Assembly (NCBI GenBank): GCA_038248455.1 | Contig: JBBRXL010000001.1 | Span: forward strand, 1-31,937 | Reading direction: 5' to 3' | Length of the DNA: 31,937 nucleotides | Source: Candidatus Saccharimonadales bacterium | Lineage (GTDB): Bacteria > Patescibacteriota > Saccharimonadia > Saccharimonadales > Saccharimonadaceae | Shown: positions 26,466 to 31,937 of the stretch, one piece after another | How the letters are laid out: the number at the start of each line of letters is the position of its first letter | Numbering within the stretch: position 1 is the first letter of the stretch | Notes under the pieces: model-generated | The model's database searches: none | Told to the model about the DNA's origin: nothing | What the model saw: the letters and a program-made list of their open reading frames with translations, nothing else | Translations under genes and position numbers: made by a program

Positions 26466-26512
26466 ACAGCGCCTTGATTTGGACTCGTTCCCGTCAAGGT
26501 TCTTTGTTTTTT
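26466..26512 (+). ncRNA. Candidate small structured RNA upstream of the NYN gene
   Basis: Promoter TTGATA(26431)-17-TACTAT(26454); stem ccttga/tcaagg (26472-26499) with inner gga/tcc pairing; T-rich tail. Confidence 0.35.
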
Positions 26513-26528
26513 ATGCTATAATTTACGA

Positions 26529-27194
26529 ATGAAAACAGTGGTTTACATTGATGGGCAAAACTTTTTATATAAGGCTTCAGAAGTTTTAATTACTGCCGGT
26601 TTAATTGCTAATAAACAAGATCTTTATAAGTTAGATATACGTGGGATAATTTCGGACATTATATCAACTGATGAAATGGAAATTAAATATTACGGTGCAA
26701 AAGTTAAAGTTATTAATCATCTTGGCGACGAGATTAAAGACAAATCTCATAAATTTTCAGATAACTCTAGACGTTTGAGGAATACTCTTAATCAACAATC
26801 TATCAAATATATAGAATCAGGAAAACTTAAGCTTCGCGATAGTGATGAATGTAAGAATTGTGGACATAAAGACTTACGTTTTCAAGAGAAGGGTGTAGAT
26901 GTTGGTATTGCAGTAGATATGATAGTTGACGCCTCAGCTGGCGATTTAGATCAGGCTGTGCTACTAAGCTCTGATACTGACCTCATTCCTGCGGTCAAGG
27001 TTGTTCGTAGCCTTATATCCAATATTGTATATATGGGATTCGTAGATAAGCTAACCAACGCTATCATCTCTCAGGTAACAAGGACTGAAACAATTCGTGA
27101 TAGTGAAATTATAGATGCATTTAACCGCTTGAATCCACAGGAAGTTCTACCTATAGAAATATCGGAAAACTCATCGGACGACCCTATTATTTAG
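26529..27194 (+). CDS. NYN-domain (LabA/DUF88, PIN-like) ribonuclease
   Basis: VYIDGQN, QEKGVDV, LLSSDTDLIP acidic catalytic motifs, CKNC knuckle; AT-rich. Confidence 0.88.
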   Translation: MKTVVYIDGQNFLYKASEVLITAGLIANKQDLYKLDIRGIISDIISTDEMEIKYYGAKVKVINHLGDEIKDKSHKFSDNSRRLRNTLNQQSIKYIESGKLKLRDSDECKNCGHKDLRFQEKGVDVGIAVDMIVDASAGDLDQAVLLSSDTDLIPAVKVVRSLISNIVYMGFVDKLTNAIISQVTRTETIRDSEIIDAFNRLNPQEVLPIEISENSSDDPII

Positions 27195-27211
27195 TAGGTT
27201 AGTATAGTTCT

Positions 27212-27272
27212 AGTTTTTAATATAGTTCGGGCTGGAATTGAACCAACGACTTTTTGCATAGAAAAAATAGTC
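27212..27272 (+). repeat. Second copy of the tRNA-Arg-derived inverted arm
   Basis: 54/61 identical to 26126-26186 by manual alignment; contains the reverse complement of the tRNA-Arg T-arm (20/23). Confidence 0.85.
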
Positions 27273-27297
27273 AATGCAAGGTGTTATAATGTAACAA

Positions 27298-28473
27298 ATG
27301 GTGTGGCGCTTTATCTTGACTCTTTTTATCTCTATCGTATCCGTTTTTAGTATAAATAATTACGCGATGGCTCAGGACGCGGATAGGCGACTTATTACAG
27401 TTTATGACCGTGGGACTACGCGAGTTTTTATAACAAAAGAAAAAACAATCGGTAAAGCTCTGAGTTCTGAGGGTATCGAACTTGATGCGCGTGATACAGT
27501 AGAGCCTTCGGTCAAAGAAGAACTGGTGGCGCCGGACTACAGCGTCAATATATATCGGGCGCGCCCAGTTATCGTTGTCGATGGCGCTGTTCGAATAAAA
27601 ACAATTTCACCATTTCAAACAGCAAAGCAAATCGCCAAGGACGTTGGTATAGAGGTTTACGACGAAGACATCACAACGCTTCGGCCTTCAGCCGATTTCG
27701 TAAATGATGGTGCTGGCTTGCTACTTAATATCATAAGGGCTACAACATTCACGTTAGATCTTTATGGCAATAAGTCAGAGTTCCGTACGCAAACTGAAAC
27801 TATCGGTGAAATGTTGAAAGAAAAGAACATAACACTCGGTGCTAATGATAGGGTGTCTTTATCCCTAGATACTCAGATTTCAGTAGGTATTGAAGTTCGA
27901 ATCTGGCGCGAGGGCAAGCAAACAGTAGCAGTAAACGAACCCATACCAGTAATTAGTCGGATAGTTTATGACAATGATCGACCAATTGGCTACAGGGCCG
28001 TTCAAACCAAAGGTATACCGGGTATTCGAAGCGTAACTTATCAACTGGAGATAAAAGATAGTATTGAAGTCTCGAGAGTCGAGATAGCTAGTATCGTTAC
28101 ACGCAAACCTACCGAGCAAGTAGAAGTAATCGGACTATTCAACGATGGTTCGGGACTGACAAAATCAAAAGGTGCGCAGTATTTCGTAGACAGTAAGGGC
28201 GTGTCGCATCGTGAAACATACTATGATCTGGATATGAGCAGAGTCATGCAAAGCTGTGGGCAGGGTGGATATTATTCAGTGCGTCCAGATGGTGCCAAGG
28301 TCGACGCCGGGGGCTATGTAATAATTGCCGCTAACTTCGCAATATATCCAAGGTGTTCAATAGTTGAAACAAGCCTCGGGCCAGCCAAAGTATATGACAC
28401 GGGAGGTTTCGTAGCGAGGTTTCCTTATGGCTATGATTTGGCGACCGACTGGTCGATAGCCGACGGTATATAG
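27298..28473 (+). CDS. YabE/RpfB-like cell-wall protein (DUF348 repeats, G5, 3D-like C-terminal domain)
   Basis: Signal/TM; repeated T...TIgk.L.e.gI.L...D.V.PS units; G5-like KGIPGIRSVTY...EQVEVIG; C-terminal IIAAN...VYDTGG. Confidence 0.8.
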   Translation: MVWRFILTLFISIVSVFSINNYAMAQDADRRLITVYDRGTTRVFITKEKTIGKALSSEGIELDARDTVEPSVKEELVAPDYSVNIYRARPVIVVDGAVRIKTISPFQTAKQIAKDVGIEVYDEDITTLRPSADFVNDGAGLLLNIIRATTFTLDLYGNKSEFRTQTETIGEMLKEKNITLGANDRVSLSLDTQISVGIEVRIWREGKQTVAVNEPIPVISRIVYDNDRPIGYRAVQTKGIPGIRSVTYQLEIKDSIEVSRVEIASIVTRKPTEQVEVIGLFNDGSGLTKSKGAQYFVDSKGVSHRETYYDLDMSRVMQSCGQGGYYSVRPDGAKVDAGGYVIIAANFAIYPRCSIVETSLGPAKVYDTGGFVARFPYGYDLATDWSIADGI

Positions 28474-28513
28474 ATTTCTTGACAATGCTTATGGTTAGAG
28501 TCATTATTGGGCT

Positions 28514-29350
28514 ATGACTAAAATTTCTACAAAAGAATTAAACAAATCCATCAAAACAGATAGAGTTATGGCTGTTGCCGGACTAGTTTTACTATTGTTT
28601 GTGGTCGCTTCAAGTATATTCAGCTTATTCAATAACGCTCGGTTCTTTCAGGACGCGTTCGATTTGGTGTATTATACAAGGTTCACTGTCATTATAGTTG
28701 GTGGTTTTTTGATAGGTTTATTATTTAGAGGATATACCAAAAAAGCGCTACTTACTGGCAGGTCTATATTCACGGGAATTTCTTATGGACTATTAGCATT
28801 TAGTACCTATTTTTTATTTGATATGATAAGGCTCCCTTTCAATGACTTGATTTTTGGACTACCGTTTCCATATGCAAAATTTGTATTTGAGGGTATGCCA
28901 TTACTTGCCCTAGTCGCTGTATTTTTAGTTGCATTGTGCATAAAACGCAGCAATAAGACAGATTTTGTTAGGAATAAGATATTTATTTCATCTCTGATGA
29001 TTGCTTTTTTTGGTACATTTATAGCTCAAAGGATTCAACTTTTAATCTTGGCTAGTACTGATTGGACTAGCGCATTAACATTCAGCTTTTCTTCTATCGT
29101 ATTTGAACCTGTTTCAATAGCAATTATCGTTTTTATTATGCTTATATCGATAAAGCCTTTATTGGATCGGTTCATGTATTCAATACTGATCGGATTGGTA
29201 TACAGTGCATCATTGATGGCTTTTTGGGAATTTAGGACAGATGCGGGTGATGAAGCAACGAATAGATTTGGACTTATCGCAAGTATAGTTACCTTATCCA
29301 TCGTCGCTATATTGACCGGAGTCGTATATTTACAATCGAAAAAGAAATAG
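28514..29350 (+). CDS. Hypothetical polytopic membrane protein
   Basis: 278 aa, about 8 hydrophobic segments; own promoter TTGACA(28479)-17-CATTAT(28502) 6 nt before the ATG. Confidence 0.7.
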   Translation: MTKISTKELNKSIKTDRVMAVAGLVLLLFVVASSIFSLFNNARFFQDAFDLVYYTRFTVIIVGGFLIGLLFRGYTKKALLTGRSIFTGISYGLLAFSTYFLFDMIRLPFNDLIFGLPFPYAKFVFEGMPLLALVAVFLVALCIKRSNKTDFVRNKIFISSLMIAFFGTFIAQRIQLLILASTDWTSALTFSFSSIVFEPVSIAIIVFIMLISIKPLLDRFMYSILIGLVYSASLMAFWEFRTDAGDEATNRFGLIASIVTLSIVAILTGVVYLQSKKK

Positions 29351-29426
29351 ATTAAAGAAGCGTACTAAATTGGGTCGCGCGTATACAGGTGTTTCATATT
29401 AACTAAAACCATGCTTAAATTAGTAT

Positions 29427-29735
29427 ATGACCGAGCGAGCAGCCTCACGCGAATCGGCCAAGCGAGCGACTAGTAATAGCCGTATGGGTGAGCTCGTACT
29501 TGTTAAGGCTATCGAAGAAGAGGTTATTCCGAAAAGTCCAAGCTACCTACAGGTTGCTAAGATATATATGGAATGGAGCGAAATAAAAACAATCCATGGT
29601 AATGACAGCGAAGAGGCGACTCTTGCCGAAATTCGATATGAAACATATCGATCAAAAATGGACAGCGATGAGAGTGGCCTGTTGATGATGGAAATAAATA
29701 ATTTCAATAGCAATAGAGTCAAGGGCGAAGCGTAA
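29427..29735 (+). CDS. Hypothetical protein
   Basis: 102-aa ORF filling the intergenic gap in the orientation of its neighbours; no recognisable motif. Confidence 0.55.
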   Translation: MTERAASRESAKRATSNSRMGELVLVKAIEEEVIPKSPSYLQVAKIYMEWSEIKTIHGNDSEEATLAEIRYETYRSKMDSDESGLLMMEINNFNSNRVKGEA

Positions 29736-29821
29736 AAAATATAGCACACTGCGCTAACTCAGCCCACTTAGGTGTGATAAGCTTGTAGTTAGTAAATACT
29801 ACTTATCTCAGGGGGATTATT

Positions 29822-30586
29822 GTGAGCGTAAAGTCTAAATCTAGTGACACGATTATAAAAATTGATAATTTTCGAATGGATTTCGGAGGCAAAACAGTTA
29901 TAAAAGATCTGTCTTTTGAGGTTTACCGCGGAGAAGTATTCGGCTTTTTGGGAAGTAACGGATCTGGAAAGACGACAACTATTCGGGCTCTTCTGGGTAT
30001 CTATCAACCGACTTCTGGTAGTTCACTTATCGATGGCAAGGTTTTTTCGGTCTCTTCGGGTATGCGACTTGGCTATCTACCAGAAGAACGCGGTCTATAT
30101 AAAAAAGAATCTGTTATAGATATCATGGTGTATTTTGGACAGCTTAAGGGCTTATCAAAACGTGATGCCAAGTTGCAAGCCGAGACATACCTAGCGAGGG
30201 TTAACTTAGCGGACAAAGCTAAGGTTCGGTTAGATAAGCTATCGGGTGGTCAACAGCAGAAGATACAGCTCGGCATTACTATTATGAATAATCCAGAGCT
30301 GCTAATACTTGACGAACCAACCAAAGGCTTTGATCCTGTCAACCGACGACTTTTGATGGATATCATTGAAGAGCATCAGCGAAACGGAACAACTGTTATA
30401 TTTGTAACTCACCAGATGGAAGAGGTTGAAAGACTATGCGACAGGATAGTGCTACTAAAGGACGGTAAAGCTTACGCCTATGGTTCGATCAAGGATATAA
30501 AAGCTAAGTTCGGCGGCGCATCGCTTGATGATATATTCCTAAGAGTATATGGCGATGAAAATGAAGCAATAGGTGAGGAATTGTAA
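29822..30586 (+). CDS. ABC transporter ATP-binding protein (ABC-2 exporter type)
   Basis: Walker A GSNGSGKT, GYLPEERGLY, LSGGQ signature, LILDEP, H-loop VTH. Confidence 0.93.
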   Translation: MSVKSKSSDTIIKIDNFRMDFGGKTVIKDLSFEVYRGEVFGFLGSNGSGKTTTIRALLGIYQPTSGSSLIDGKVFSVSSGMRLGYLPEERGLYKKESVIDIMVYFGQLKGLSKRDAKLQAETYLARVNLADKAKVRLDKLSGGQQQKIQLGITIMNNPELLILDEPTKGFDPVNRRLLMDIIEEHQRNGTTVIFVTHQMEEVERLCDRIVLLKDGKAYAYGSIKDIKAKFGGASLDDIFLRVYGDENEAIGEEL

Positions 30587-31791
30587 TGTATAATCTCGGT
30601 ACAGTATTTCGATTTGAAGTAGTTCGGTCGCTCAAGAAGAAATCTTTTTGGATTATGTCTCTAGCCTTTCCGCTTTTAATAGGTGCGATATTTGGCATAG
30701 TTTATTTTTCAAATCAGGCAACTGAAAAAGCGGTCGACGATACTAAAAATCAAAAATTCTCGCTAGTCGTGACAGATGAAAGCGGCTTGCTAGATAAGCA
30801 ACTACTTGGACAATTTGGCGCTACTGAATCCAGTGACAGACAATCGTCGATACAAATGGTTATAGACGGCAAAGTTGATGCTTACTTTTATTATCCTAAA
30901 AACATTAGTAGTGGTAGCGTAGAGGTATATGCAAAAGACGTCGGCATATTTGATGACGGAAGGTACGAGGCTGTTGCCAAGGCGTTGCTACAAAGCTCCG
31001 TGAGTCAAACCGTAGATGTTGAAAAGACAGCAGTTTTACAAGATAAGGTCTCGTTTGCTACGGCTACATATAAAGACGGTGCTAAGTTCGACGGCATACA
31101 ACAAGCGATAATACCTGGAATATTTTTGGTACTATTCTATATCGTAATCGCCATGTTTGGTAATCAGATGCTGGTCAGTACGACAGAAGAAAAAGAAAAC
31201 CGAGTAACAGAGATGATACTGACGACGATACAAGCCAGGACGCTAATAATTGGTAAGATATTTTCGTTGATAACATTAGCCATAATACAGATAGTTATAA
31301 TATTGGTGCCAATATTGATAGCCTATATATTAATGCACAACCAACTATCGTTACCGGGACTTGATATATCTAGTCTGCCGATTGATCCAGTCCGTATAGC
31401 GATTGGTGCAATATTATTTGCACTTAGCTTCTTGCTGTTTACTGGTGTATTGGTTGCAATCGGGGCAATAGCGCCAACCGCAAAAGAGGCTGGTAGCTTC
31501 TTCGGTGTGGTGGCGGTGCTCTTGTTTGGGCCATTATACGCTGCATCATTGTTCGTATCGGCCCCTGATTCGGCCATAGTTAGGTTCTTGTCGCTCTTTC
31601 CGCTAACTGCACCCATACCTTTGATGTTACGAAATGCTGTCGATAATCTAACGCCACTTGACGTAGTGCTGGGTATCTCAATACTCGCTGTTAGTGCGAC
31701 ACTTGTGATGCTTATCGCCGTTAGGCTATTCCGATATGGCGTGTTGGAATATTCTAGACGGATGTCGTTGAAAGAAATATTTAGAAAATAA
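30586..31791 (+). CDS. ABC-2 family permease (NatB-like)
   Basis: N-terminal TM, large extracellular loop, EEKENRVTEMIL, IIGK, five further TM helices; TAATG overlap with the ATPase gene. Confidence 0.88.
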   Translation: MYNLGTVFRFEVVRSLKKKSFWIMSLAFPLLIGAIFGIVYFSNQATEKAVDDTKNQKFSLVVTDESGLLDKQLLGQFGATESSDRQSSIQMVIDGKVDAYFYYPKNISSGSVEVYAKDVGIFDDGRYEAVAKALLQSSVSQTVDVEKTAVLQDKVSFATATYKDGAKFDGIQQAIIPGIFLVLFYIVIAMFGNQMLVSTTEEKENRVTEMILTTIQARTLIIGKIFSLITLAIIQIVIILVPILIAYILMHNQLSLPGLDISSLPIDPVRIAIGAILFALSFLLFTGVLVAIGAIAPTAKEAGSFFGVVAVLLFGPLYAASLFVSAPDSAIVRFLSLFPLTAPIPLMLRNAVDNLTPLDVVLGISILAVSATLVMLIAVRLFRYGVLEYSRRMSLKEIFRK

Positions 31792-31793
31792 GA

Positions 31794-31937
31794 CTAGTCT
31801 GATATGTCTGAGATAACCGATATCTTGGCGCCGATTGTGTTGAGCCTGTTGGCGAGGTCTTCGTAACCACGGTTGATAGAATATACGTTACGCAGTACCG
31901 ACTTACCAGGAGCGGCTAGCATGGCTAGTAATATCAC
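31794..31937 (-). CDS. murA: UDP-N-acetylglucosamine 1-carboxyvinyltransferase, C-terminal fragment
   Basis: Hand translation VILLAMLAAPGKSVLRNVYSINRGYEDLANRLNTIGAKISVISDISD* contains the MurA C-terminal RGYE..LGAKI pattern; 5'-truncated by the window. Confidence 0.85.
   Translation of the reverse strand: MILLAMLAAPGKSVLRNVYSINRGYEDLANRLNTIGAKISVISDISD

Noticed and set aside
24253-27272. Prophage, IS or CRISPR array behind the tRNA repeats
   Set aside because: No integrase, transposase, phage or cas genes, and no regularly spaced repeat-spacer series.
804-31616. Numerous short ORFs antisense to or nested in long genes (e.g. 2570-2878, 4208-4522, 10240-10605, 22426-23286, 31323-31616)
   Set aside because: Shadow frames of well-supported genes; no motifs or initiation signals.
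1-31937. Alternative genetic code 25 (TGA=Gly)
   Set aside because: nrdD, murT, pilM and pilN end at TGA in coupled ATGA overlaps, and the long genes are intact under code 11.

Overview
Gene-dense core chromosomal window of a small-genome bacterium. Gene content and architecture point to Candidatus Saccharibacteria (CPR/Patescibacteria); this is an inference. Standard code 11 fits, since TGA terminates several genes. In order the window holds: partial recX, a secretin-less type IV pilus cluster (PRC-barrel, small TM protein, pilO/N/M, pilC, pilB), tsaE-tsaB, rny, a tightly coupled nrdD-nrdG-FAD reductase-Cys/acidic protein operon, a membrane-anchored S8 protease, tRNA-Pro, an envelope block (GT-C glycosyltransferase, OpgC-like, gatD-murT), a membrane protein plus an atypical membrane-anchored ClpA/B-like ATPase, tsaC, tRNA-His/Gly, a NUDIX-NTase-NUDIX trio, tRNA-Arg, a NYN RNase, a G5-domain protein, two hypotheticals, an ABC-2 exporter and partial murA. 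The most unusual signal is non-coding. tRNA-Gly and tRNA-Arg are each followed by a ~185-bp element built from inverted and split copies of that tRNA's own T-arm/acceptor end, with a shorter remnant after tRNA-Pro. The NYN RNase gene is bracketed by two 61-bp copies of the tRNA-Arg-derived arm and preceded by a candidate ~45-nt promoter/terminator-bounded RNA. No integrase, transposase or CRISPR array is visible.
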